Shown here: in pieces, positions 7,794 to 17,570 of the stretch | Position numbering within the stretch: the stretch's first letter is position 1 | How the letters are laid out: the number at the start of each line of letters is the position of its first letter | Assembly (NCBI GenBank): GCA_037443365.1 | Contig: JBBIOM010000037.1 | Location: 1 to 17,570 of the forward strand | Length of the DNA stretch: 17,570 bases | DNA from: Armatimonadota bacterium | GTDB lineage: Bacteria; Sysuimicrobiota; Sysuimicrobiia; Sysuimicrobiales; Humicultoraceae | Reading direction: 5' to 3' | Translations under genes and position numbers: made by a program | The notes under the pieces: generated by a model | The model's input: only the letters and a program-made list of their open reading frames with translations | Databases searched by the model: none | What the model was told of the DNA's origin: nothing

Positions 7794-8708
7794 GTGATCT
7801 CAGTCGCAGTAGTAGGTAGTCTAAACATGGACTTGGTTGTCCAAGTTCCACGTCTCCCTGCTGTCGGAGAGACGGTCGGTGGTGGTGTGCTCGGGCGCTT
7901 CCGTGGCGGAAAGGGTGCCAACCAGGCTGTGGCAGCTGCGCGCCTGGGGAGCCGCGTGGCCATGGTCGGCCGCGTGGGCGACGACGCCTTCGGCCGCGAG
8001 ATTCTGGATGGACTGCGGGACGAGGGGGTTGACCTGTCGCATACGCCCGCGCAGCCAGGGGCTGCGACCGGCGTAGCCCTCATCGGCGTGGATCGCCAGG
8101 GGCAGAACATAATACTGGTAGCCCCTGGTGCCAACGCGGAGTTGACCACGCGCGATGTGCAAGAGGCCCGTCACGCGATCCTTGCTGCCGACGTACTCCT
8201 GCTTCAGCTTGAGATCCCCATGGAACCGATCCTGACCGCCGCGCACATAGCCCGCGGTGCGGGTGTTCTGGTCTGCCTGGACCCGGCTCCTGCGCTGGCA
8301 CTGCCTGATGACCTCTACCGGATGGTCGATGTCCTGAACCCCAACGAGGTGGAAGCCGCAGCACTTGCCCGGCTGCCGGCGGGAACCATCGAAGAGGTGC
8401 GCAGTGCTGCAAGGTCCTTGAGTAACCTCGGGCCGCGAACTGTCGTTGTGACGATGGGAAGGCACGGCGCGTTCTACCTCTCCAGCGATGAAGAAGGCCA
8501 CATGCCCGCGCATCCGGTGACCGCAGTGGATGCCACCGCTGCTGGCGACGCCTTTGCCGCGGCTCTGGGCGTCGGCCTGGCCGAAGGGAAGCCGCTGCCC
8601 GAGGCCGTGCGGTTCGCTAACTTGACAGCAGGCCTCAAGGTTGCCCGCATGGGTGCCCAGTCCATGCCCACACGTGCTCAAGTAGATGCCCTCCTGCGAG
8701 GGGCCTAG
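7794..8708 (+). CDS. rbsK: Ribokinase (PfkB family)
   Basis: 304 aa. VVGSLNMDLV, GGKGANQAVAAARLG, GRVGDDAFG, LQLEIP, NPNEVEA, DATAAGDAF. Confidence 0.93.
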   Translation: MISVAVVGSLNMDLVVQVPRLPAVGETVGGGVLGRFRGGKGANQAVAAARLGSRVAMVGRVGDDAFGREILDGLRDEGVDLSHTPAQPGAATGVALIGVDRQGQNIILVAPGANAELTTRDVQEARHAILAADVLLLQLEIPMEPILTAAHIARGAGVLVCLDPAPALALPDDLYRMVDVLNPNEVEAAALARLPAGTIEEVRSAARSLSNLGPRTVVVTMGRHGAFYLSSDEEGHMPAHPVTAVDATAAGDAFAAALGVGLAEGKPLPEAVRFANLTAGLKVARMGAQSMPTRAQVDALLRGA

Positions 8709-10360
8709 CGCGGCGGCCATGGGTTGAGAGGCGCGCGCCCCGCGCGCAACCGCTTCATGACCCCGGTCCCGCTTTCGCCGAAGTGTCGCGCCAGGTCCAG
8801 GTAATCCCGGTACAGTGCCTCGTAGGCATGCTGCTCTGCGGGCCGCGGCCTGTAGGCAACCCTCACCCGGCTGCCCATGCGCCTGACGGCTTCCTCCATC
8901 GTGGCGTACCCGCCGTGCCCCTCCCCGGCGGCGGCCGCGGCGTAGATCGCCGCGCCGAACGCGGAGGCGTGCGGCACGCGCGCGGCGAGCACCTCCCGGC
9001 CCGTGACATCGGCGGTAATCTGCAGCAGGAGCGGGCTGCGCTCGGCCAGGCCCCCGCACGCGTGCACCTCGCCGACCCCCACCCCCCCGGCCTCAAAGAT
9101 GTCAATCACCCTGCGCGTGCCGAAGACCGCCGCCTCGAGCAGCGCGCGGTAGATCTCGTGCTGCCCGGTGGCGATCGTGAGCCCGACCATCACGCCGGAG
9201 AGGTCGGCGTCCACAAGTGGGGTCCGGCAGCCGTTCCACCAGTCCAGCGCCAGCAGGCCCGACGCCCCTGCCCCCAGACGCGCGGCCTCGCCTTCCAGCC
9301 GCGCGAACGCCGCGGCCTCGCCCTCGGGGTCGGCGGCGTGAGTGCGCACATACCAGCCGAAGATGTCGCCGAACGATGTCTGCCCGGCCTCGTATCCGAA
9401 CAGCCCCGGGAGGATCCCGTCCTCCACGACGCCGCAGATGCCCTGCACGCTGCGCCGGTGCGTGTCAACCAGCAGGTGGCAGGCGGAGGTACCCATGATG
9501 GTAACGAGCTTCCCGGGGCCACCAACACCCACGGCGGGCAGCGCGGCGTGCGCGTCTATCACGGCTACGGCCACCGGTGTGCCCGCGCGCAGCCCGGTGC
9601 GCCCGGCCCAGGCCTCCAGCAGACCCCCGGCCCTGGAGGCCACGGGCCGGGGAGGTGGGCCAAGTTTCTCCAGGAATGACGGCAGGTCGGGATGCAGCGA
9701 CGCCCAGTACGAGGCCGGTGGATGGCCGACATCCTTCTGCCAGTGCGCCTTGTACCCGGCCTGGCAGGCGCTGCGCGCCTCGACGCCGGTAAGCTGCCAG
9801 ATGACCCAGTCCCCGCCCTCTATCCATCTGTCCGCGGCGCGGGCGATCCCTGGCGCCTCGTCCAGCACCTGCCAGCCCTTCGCCCACAGCCACTCGGAGG
9901 AGGTCTTCCCGCCGTAGTGCGCCAGGAACCCGCCCCCGGGCCGGTCCGCGGCGGCGTTGATGCGGTCGGCATAGGGCTGCGCGGCATGGTGCTTCCAGAG
10001 CATGGGCCAGGCATGGGGCAGGCCCCGGTAGTCCTCCAGCAGGCACAGCGGCGTGCCGTCCGCGAGTGTCGGGAGCACGGTGCACGATGTGAAGTCAATG
10101 CCGATGCCGGCAATCGCATCGGGTGGCGCGGCGGTCGCCATCGCCCGCAGGAGGGTCTCCAGCGCCAGCACCCAGTCGCCGGGATGCTGCAGCGCCCAGT
10201 CGGGCGGCAGCCGCGCTCCGGCGTCCGGCAGCGCGCGGTCTATCACGCCGTGGGGATACGCGAACGTGGCCGTGGCGGCCAGGCGGCCGTCGGAGATCCC
10301 GACCAGCACCGCGCGCGCCGATTCGGTTCCAAAGTCAAGGCCGATGGCGTACCGATCCAT
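8705..10360 (-). CDS. araB: Ribulokinase (FGGY family, AraB-like)
   Basis: ATG at 10360, 551 aa. YAIGLDFGTESARA, WALQHP.DW, GIGIDFTSCT, WKHHAAQ, YGGKTSSEW, IDAH, IMGTSACH, EAGQ, LDWWNGCRTPL. Confidence 0.92.
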   Translation of the reverse strand: MDRYAIGLDFGTESARAVLVGISDGRLAATATFAYPHGVIDRALPDAGARLPPDWALQHPGDWVLALETLLRAMATAAPPDAIAGIGIDFTSCTVLPTLADGTPLCLLEDYRGLPHAWPMLWKHHAAQPYADRINAAADRPGGGFLAHYGGKTSSEWLWAKGWQVLDEAPGIARAADRWIEGGDWVIWQLTGVEARSACQAGYKAHWQKDVGHPPASYWASLHPDLPSFLEKLGPPPRPVASRAGGLLEAWAGRTGLRAGTPVAVAVIDAHAALPAVGVGGPGKLVTIMGTSACHLLVDTHRRSVQGICGVVEDGILPGLFGYEAGQTSFGDIFGWYVRTHAADPEGEAAAFARLEGEAARLGAGASGLLALDWWNGCRTPLVDADLSGVMVGLTIATGQHEIYRALLEAAVFGTRRVIDIFEAGGVGVGEVHACGGLAERSPLLLQITADVTGREVLAARVPHASAFGAAIYAAAAAGEGHGGYATMEEAVRRMGSRVRVAYRPRPAEQHAYEALYRDYLDLARHFGESGTGVMKRLRAGRAPLNPWPPR

Positions 10361-10389
10361 GCGCCTCGCCCCGTTCTCCCGCCGGAGGA

Positions 10390-11805
10390 CTACGCGAACA
10401 CGCGGCAGTCCATCCCCAGGATCTTGCTGATCCAGACGAGTTCCTGGACGTAGTCCCCGTACACGCCGTGTATGTGGTTGCTGTCGTACTCGCCGATGAA
10501 CTCGTCTGGCGGCACGCGAAGCCGCGCGAACGCGTGCGGCCACTCGGGTGTGGTCGCGGCCGCCTTGCCCCAGGCCACCTCCTCCGGGAACTCGACGAAC
10601 TCGGCAGGGATGATCGCCATCCAGTAGCGTCCCTGGCGGCGGGCCAGGCGGGCCAGCGTCACCTGGCCGGGGGCGGCGATGTGCGCCACCGAAGCGCCTC
10701 CGGCCGGGAAGTAGATGATCTCAGGGTAGAAGCGCACCCTGGGCAGGTTCACGGCCGGGTCGAACGAACGGCCGGCGAAGTAGGTGGCGTGCTGTCCGGA
10801 GTTGCACAGGTCCCAGACGTCATCCGCGGCATCGTAGTGGCGCACGTCGGCGAACAGCACGGGCGTGCCTGCGATGTGCTTGAGCAACTCCATGGTGAGC
10901 GCGCCGTCCATGTCGGCCTCGGTCGCGCAGACGATGGGATCGTGGGGCCCTTCCCAGTCGTAGGGGTCGTTCAGGAACGCCTCGGCCACGTCCATGGTGG
11001 CGAAGTGATCGGTCATCTCGGGCTGGCCCTTGATGCCGCAGAAGTCCAGGCGCCACTCGTCAACCAGGTCGCGCACCGCGTGGTAGGAGCGGATCTGGCG
11101 CTTCAGCAACTCGGGCGTCAGCTTCTTGCCGTCGTAGTGGATCTGTCCCACGTGCTTCTCGAGCCAGCGGAAGCCGGCCTCCACGCGGTCCGCCGCCACC
11201 AGCTCCGACCTGCGCACGATCTCGAACTGGTCTATGTGCTCGACGTCAATGCCAAACTGCCGCTGCCACTGGTCGAGCGGGCTCGCCGCGGTGTACATGC
11301 CCATGGAGCGGCCGCCGATGAGCCCGTAGGTCTCTCCGCGCAGCCAGCGGGTCGCCGCGGCCGCGCGCAGGAACTGCAGCACGCGCGTGAAGACCGCGTC
11401 GTCACCCGCGTCGCCCGAGACGCGGGCGCAGAATGTTCCCAGCTGGTCGAGCGTCCCGGCGCTGGCCAGCATGCTCACCAGGCCCGGGTACTGCGGGTTC
11501 ACGTTGCTGAACATCAGGAAGGGCCCGGGCGCGAACTGGCTCGCGATCGCCGTCAGGTGCGGGAAGCTCCAGATGGCGAAGTTGAAGATCGTGGCGTCCA
11601 CGCGCTCGGAGGCCAGGTACTGCGCCTCGCTCTTGGCCAGGTCGGTGGTCCAGACGATGTCGCGGCCGGTAACGACCTCCCATCCGGCCTCGCGCAGCCG
11701 CCGCGCCAGACGGCCTTCGAACTCGCGGGTCATCGGCAGCAGCTCCGAGTGCACGTGGCGCCGGCCGTCGGAGAACGTCAGAATGCCGACCTTAGGGGTG
11801 CGCAT
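10390..11805 (-). CDS. L-fucose/D-arabinose isomerase-family protein (short FucI-like form)
   Basis: 471 aa. DGRRHVH, GGRSMGM, GIKGQPEMTDH, AEAFLNDPYDW, ATEADMDGALTM, FADVRHY, LCNSGQH, VTLARL, WPHAF, SNHIHGVYGD. GGAGG SD. Confidence 0.9.
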   Translation of the reverse strand: MRTPKVGILTFSDGRRHVHSELLPMTREFEGRLARRLREAGWEVVTGRDIVWTTDLAKSEAQYLASERVDATIFNFAIWSFPHLTAIASQFAPGPFLMFSNVNPQYPGLVSMLASAGTLDQLGTFCARVSGDAGDDAVFTRVLQFLRAAAATRWLRGETYGLIGGRSMGMYTAASPLDQWQRQFGIDVEHIDQFEIVRRSELVAADRVEAGFRWLEKHVGQIHYDGKKLTPELLKRQIRSYHAVRDLVDEWRLDFCGIKGQPEMTDHFATMDVAEAFLNDPYDWEGPHDPIVCATEADMDGALTMELLKHIAGTPVLFADVRHYDAADDVWDLCNSGQHATYFAGRSFDPAVNLPRVRFYPEIIYFPAGGASVAHIAAPGQVTLARLARRQGRYWMAIIPAEFVEFPEEVAWGKAAATTPEWPHAFARLRVPPDEFIGEYDSNHIHGVYGDYVQELVWISKILGMDCRVFA

Positions 11806-11837
11806 TTCCTGCCTCCCTCCACACGTGGCCAGCCGAT

Positions 11838-11854
11838 TGTGATAACGCTCTCAG
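11838..11854. promoter_or_regulatory. Putative LacI-family operator between the isomerase operon and the divergent repressor gene
   Basis: TGTGATAACGCTCTCAG, resembling the TGnnAnCGnTnnCA LacI-family pattern. Second copy of the 7566-7582 site. Confidence 0.75.
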
Positions 11855-11996
11855 TAATCAGCGTTCGGCGGGCAGAGCGGAAATCCTGCCCACGGGCGCG
11901 TTCGTGCCCCGGGCCGCTCATGCCCCGGGCCCGGAAGGCCCTGGGGTCGCCCTTGCTCACCAGGAGGGACGTTCGCATGGGTCGAAGCCAGGGAGC

Positions 11997-13007
11997 GTGG
12001 TTACGATCCGCGACGTGGCCCGGCTTGCCGGCGTCTCCATGGCCACCGCCGCCCGCGCGCTGGGCGGCTACGGCTATGCGAGCGAGAGCGCGCGCGAGAG
12101 GGTCGCGCGTGCAGCCAGCGCGCTGGACTACCACCCCAACGCCATCGCGCGCAGCATGATCAAGGGGCGCACCAACACCCTTGGGGTGATCGTCTCCGAC
12201 AACGCCAACCCGTTCTTCGCAGCCGTTGTGCGCGGGATCGAGGACGTGGTGCTGGCGCAGGGCTACGCCATCATCCTGTGCAACGCCGACGAGGACCCGA
12301 CCAAGGAGGCGATGTACGTAAGGACCATCCGGCAGAAGCGGGTGGATGGCCTGATCATCTCGCCCTCCGGCGGGGGGGTCGAGCTGCTGCGCGGGCTGCT
12401 CTCCGGCGGCATCCCGGTCGTCCAGGTGGACCGGCACCACGGCGGCCTGAAGGCCGACGCGGCCCTGATCGACAACCGTGCAGGCGTGCGCGCGGCGGTG
12501 GAGCACCTGATCCGCCTCGGGCATCGCCGCATCGGCATCATCAGCGGCCCCCGGCGCCTCTTCACCGGCCGAGAGCGCCTCGAAGCGTTTCTCGACGCGC
12601 TGCGGCGCGCGCGCATCAGGCCCAACGAGCGCTGGATCCTGGAGGGGACGTTCAAGGCACACAGCGGATACGAGATGGCCGGCCAGATCCTGCGGCTCCG
12701 CCGGCGTCCCTCCGCCCTGTTCGTGGCCAACAACCTGATGACAATCGGCGCACTGCTGCGCCTCAAGGAGGAGGGCATCGCCATCCCAAAGGAGATGGCC
12801 GTCGTGGGATTCGACGACATGGACTGGGCACCGGTGCTCACACCCCCGCTGACCGCGGTCGCTCAGCCGGGGTACGCGCTGGGCACGGTCGCGGCGCAGT
12901 TGCTCCTGCGCCGGCTGGCGGCGCAGCGCGGGGGGCCTCCACAAACCGTGGTCCTGCAGCCGCAACTCGTCGTGCGGGAATCCTGCGGCGCGGGGGCCCG
13001 CGCCTGA
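11997..13007 (+). CDS. LacI-family transcriptional repressor (start uncertain)
   Basis: VTIRDVARLAGVSMATAARAL helix-turn-helix, YHPNAIARSM hinge, NPFF, LIRLGHRRIG, VVGFDD, PPLTAVAQP. The in-frame GTG at 11997 has a poorly spaced SD. Confidence 0.93.
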   Translation: MVTIRDVARLAGVSMATAARALGGYGYASESARERVARAASALDYHPNAIARSMIKGRTNTLGVIVSDNANPFFAAVVRGIEDVVLAQGYAIILCNADEDPTKEAMYVRTIRQKRVDGLIISPSGGGVELLRGLLSGGIPVVQVDRHHGGLKADAALIDNRAGVRAAVEHLIRLGHRRIGIISGPRRLFTGRERLEAFLDALRRARIRPNERWILEGTFKAHSGYEMAGQILRLRRRPSALFVANNLMTIGALLRLKEEGIAIPKEMAVVGFDDMDWAPVLTPPLTAVAQPGYALGTVAAQLLLRRLAAQRGGPPQTVVLQPQLVVRESCGAGARA

Positions 13008-13011
13008 CTCC

Positions 13012-14955
<1,944 letters not shown>

Positions 14956-15019
14956 CGCCTGCGGCCCGGACCCGCTCGTTCAAGCGAGAAGCACGCGGTC
15001 TCCGAAGGGAGAACCGGTC

Positions 15020-16105
15020 GTGTCCGAATCGCGCGAAGCCGAATACGCCTTCTTCCAGAAGGGCGTCGCCCTGATGGATGACGCCATGCGGGGCTCGGCC
15101 CGACGCGTGCCCGTCTATGCCCAGATGCACGAGTTTGTTGCCGAGCAGTGCGGGATTCCTCGCCGAGAGTTCTTCGGGCGGCCCGAACTCCTGGTGTCGG
15201 CCACGCTCGACGTCCAGGCAAGATTTGGTCTGGACGTTCCAGCCATCACCTACGATGTCTACAACATCGAGGCCGAGGCGCTGGGGCAAGAGATCCAGTG
15301 GGGCGAAGCCGGGATGCCGGACATTGACCGAACCGCGCCCCTGATCCGCGACCGGTCCGATCTCTCGCGCATCCGGACGCCCGACTTCGATTCACAGCCG
15401 GCCTGTCGGCGCGTCCTGGAGATGCACGCCCACTTCCGGAGACTCACGGGGATCGAGCACGGGTTGAGCTTCTGCGCCCCCTTCACGCTGGCCACGAACC
15501 TGCGCGGCATCGAGCCGTTTCTCCTGGACGTCCGCACGGAACCAGGGTTCGCCCGAGAGCTCCTCTCCCGAATCACGGAGGATGTGCTGGCGCCCTGGAT
15601 CGCCTACCTGCAGCGCCATTTCCCACGCACCACCAGCATCACGGGAGTGGATGCCACCGCTTCCCCGCCCATCGTCAACCTGACCTTGCTCCGAGAGTGG
15701 GTGGCTCCCTCGATTCTCCGGCTCCGCGAGCTGTGTGGCCCGAAGGTCTCCGTGGCGAACTGGGCAGGTGAGCGCTACCTGAAGCGGCCCGAGGAGATGC
15801 TGGACCTCAAGCTTCTTGTCGGCCCAGGAACCCTCCTGGGGCAGGACCCGGATGTGGAGGCGCTGGGCCCTGCCTTCTACAGGGCCTATGCCGACCTTCA
15901 CGATGTGCCGCTGATCCTGGGGGTCGGTGCCGGCTTCCTGGCCCAGGAGCGGCCGGCGGCCGTCGCCGAGCGCGTGCGACGCTACGCCGCCGTGGGGGCG
16001 CGGGGCGGCCGGTTTGCCCTGTACCTCTGCAACCTGGGGGCAAACACGCCGCCGGAGAACCTCCGCGCAGCGATCGATGCGGCCCACGAAGTCGCCGTTG
16101 CGTAA
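15020..16105 (+). CDS. Uroporphyrinogen decarboxylase/MtaA-CmuA fold protein, function unknown
   Basis: GTG at 15020 after AAGGGAG, 361 aa. RRVPV, DVYNIEAEALG...P, APFTLATNLRG.E.FLLD...EP, C-terminal CNL..NTPPENLRA. Confidence 0.82.
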   Translation: MSESREAEYAFFQKGVALMDDAMRGSARRVPVYAQMHEFVAEQCGIPRREFFGRPELLVSATLDVQARFGLDVPAITYDVYNIEAEALGQEIQWGEAGMPDIDRTAPLIRDRSDLSRIRTPDFDSQPACRRVLEMHAHFRRLTGIEHGLSFCAPFTLATNLRGIEPFLLDVRTEPGFARELLSRITEDVLAPWIAYLQRHFPRTTSITGVDATASPPIVNLTLLREWVAPSILRLRELCGPKVSVANWAGERYLKRPEEMLDLKLLVGPGTLLGQDPDVEALGPAFYRAYADLHDVPLILGVGAGFLAQERPAAVAERVRRYAAVGARGGRFALYLCNLGANTPPENLRAAIDAAHEVAVA

Positions 16106-16126
16106 GGCCGGCCAGGGGGCAGGCGA

Positions 16127-17425
16127 CTAGAAGCGGTCGGGCCGGAACGGCTCGAGCGGCACCGACGGCGGCTGCCCGTCGGCGATCTCGGCCACCAGTT
16201 TGCCCGTGATAGGCGCCTGCGTGAAGCCGAGCATGGCGTGTCCTGTGGCGACGATGAGCCCTTCGATTCCGGGCGCCGCGCCGATGACAGGCAGCCCATC
16301 AGGGGCCACAGGCCTGAAGCCGTACCATGCCTCGGCCTGATGCATGGGCGGCGGGCTCGCCAGCACCTCCTGCGCGGCCCTCAGCACTGCCCGGTACCGC
16401 ACCGGGTTGACACCGGGCGCGAGACCCGCCATCTCAAGGGTGCCGCCGAAGCGCAGCCGGTCACCCAGGGGTGTTACGACCACGCGCCGCTCCATCACGA
16501 GAAGCGGCACGCGGGGCGCACCTGAGTGTGCGGGGGCCTGGACGGTCGCAGGGCCTGTGGGAACCACGGGCACGGTGGCGCTGTAGCCCTTGGCCGGCTG
16601 CATCGGGATGCGCAGCCCCAGCGGCGCGGCCAGTGCCGGCGTCCATGCGCCGGCGGCGAGCACAACCAGGTCGGCGGGGATCTCCTCGCCGTGCGGCACG
16701 CCTCCCGGCGGCTCCAGCAGCACGCCGCGCACCCTTCCTCCATGCACCACTATCCGCGAAACGCCGCGTCCGGTGATCAGCCGAGCGCCGCGTGCCTCCA
16801 GTCCGGCTACAAGAGCCAGAACATATGCGTAGCAGTCGCCGTGCGCCTCGCCCTCGATGAACAACCCGCCGCGGATGCGCGGGCTGAGCGCGGGCTCGAA
16901 CTCCAGGGCCTCGGCAGGAGGCAGGAGCCGGGCCTGGAACCCGGCTTCCCGCAGCGCCGCGTGCTCATCGCGGGCCGCGCGAAACGCTGCATCCGAGAGA
17001 TAGACGTGCAGAAGGCCATCCCGCCGGTAGAAGAACTCTAGGCCCGTCTCGCGCGTCATATCCTCGAAGAGCGCCAGGCCGGCCCGGCTGAGTTCCAGCA
17101 AGGCGCGGAAGCCGCGCTCTGCTGCCAGGGGGCCGCAGGCGCGGCGGAACCGCCAGAACCATCCCAGCAGCCCAGGGACAGCGCTGGCTCGCACGTAGAA
17201 CGGGCTGTCCGGCGCAAGCATCCAGCGGGCCGCCTGCCCGACCACCCCTGGCCCTGGAATCGGATGCGAGTGGCTGGGCACGATCAGGCAGGCATTGGCG
17301 TAGGAGCAGCCGCATCCGGCCTCGTCGCGATCCACGAGCGTCACCTGCCAGCCGCTTTGGGCCAGGTAGTGCGCGCAGGCGGCGCCGATGACGCCGGCTC
17401 CTACCACGACAGCGCGGCCGCTCAT
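16127..17425 (-). CDS. FAD-dependent oxidoreductase, D-amino acid dehydrogenase (DadA/DAO) family
   Basis: 432 aa. VVGAGVIG FAD-binding motif, CSYANAC, VLAAGAW, PAKGYS, WYGFRP..PDGLPVIG, ATGHAMLG. GGAGG SD. Confidence 0.92.
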   Translation of the reverse strand: MSGRAVVVGAGVIGAACAHYLAQSGWQVTLVDRDEAGCGCSYANACLIVPSHSHPIPGPGVVGQAARWMLAPDSPFYVRASAVPGLLGWFWRFRRACGPLAAERGFRALLELSRAGLALFEDMTRETGLEFFYRRDGLLHVYLSDAAFRAARDEHAALREAGFQARLLPPAEALEFEPALSPRIRGGLFIEGEAHGDCYAYVLALVAGLEARGARLITGRGVSRIVVHGGRVRGVLLEPPGGVPHGEEIPADLVVLAAGAWTPALAAPLGLRIPMQPAKGYSATVPVVPTGPATVQAPAHSGAPRVPLLVMERRVVVTPLGDRLRFGGTLEMAGLAPGVNPVRYRAVLRAAQEVLASPPPMHQAEAWYGFRPVAPDGLPVIGAAPGIEGLIVATGHAMLGFTQAPITGKLVAEIADGQPPSVPLEPFRPDRF

Positions 17426-17570
17426 TCAGACCTCCCCGGATTCGCGCCGGCTGCTCCCGCAGACCGCCGGACGCCCGCCCCCTACTTCATCGAGTCGGAT
17501 CACGGCTCCTGTCGGGTCTTCCGCCGCCTCCGCTCGCCCATCGGAGCGAACCACGCACCACGCGCCCGCC

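Noticed and set aside
11905-11931. 11-bp direct repeat TGCCCCGGGCC (two copies) and GC hairpins upstream of lacI
   Set aside because: Nearly all G/C with only two copies, so plausible by chance. Not CRISPR-like and not an IS end.
17426-17570. Open minus-strand frame ending in TGA directly before the DadA-like start
   Set aside because: It could be the 3' end of an upstream gene, but about 47 codons with no motif at this GC content cannot be supported.

Overview
GC-rich bacterial window, almost fully coding. Left end (minus strand): the 5' end of an aldo/keto reductase, with three decaying genes upstream of it (YhbS-like GNAT pseudogene, eroding PhzF-family gene, corrinoid-protein pseudogene). 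Centre (1956-13007): a carbohydrate-catabolism cluster. It comprises a minus-strand operon tctC-tctB-tctA-dhaK-dhaL-DapA-family aldolase, a divergent ribokinase, a second minus-strand operon encoding an L-fucose/D-arabinose isomerase-family protein plus ribulokinase, and a divergent LacI-family repressor. A near-identical 17-bp LacI-type operator lies upstream of both operons, suggesting one regulon. My best hypothesis is uptake and aldol cleavage of a 3-deoxy-2-ulosonic acid such as Kdo (to pyruvate + D-arabinose, then D-ribulose and ribulose-5-P). Right end: an ABC-F ATPase, a URO-D/MtaA-fold protein lacking the usual catalytic motifs, and a DadA-like FAD oxidoreductase. No rRNA, tRNA, CRISPR array or mobile element was recognised. 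All family calls are by-eye motif recognition, not database searches.
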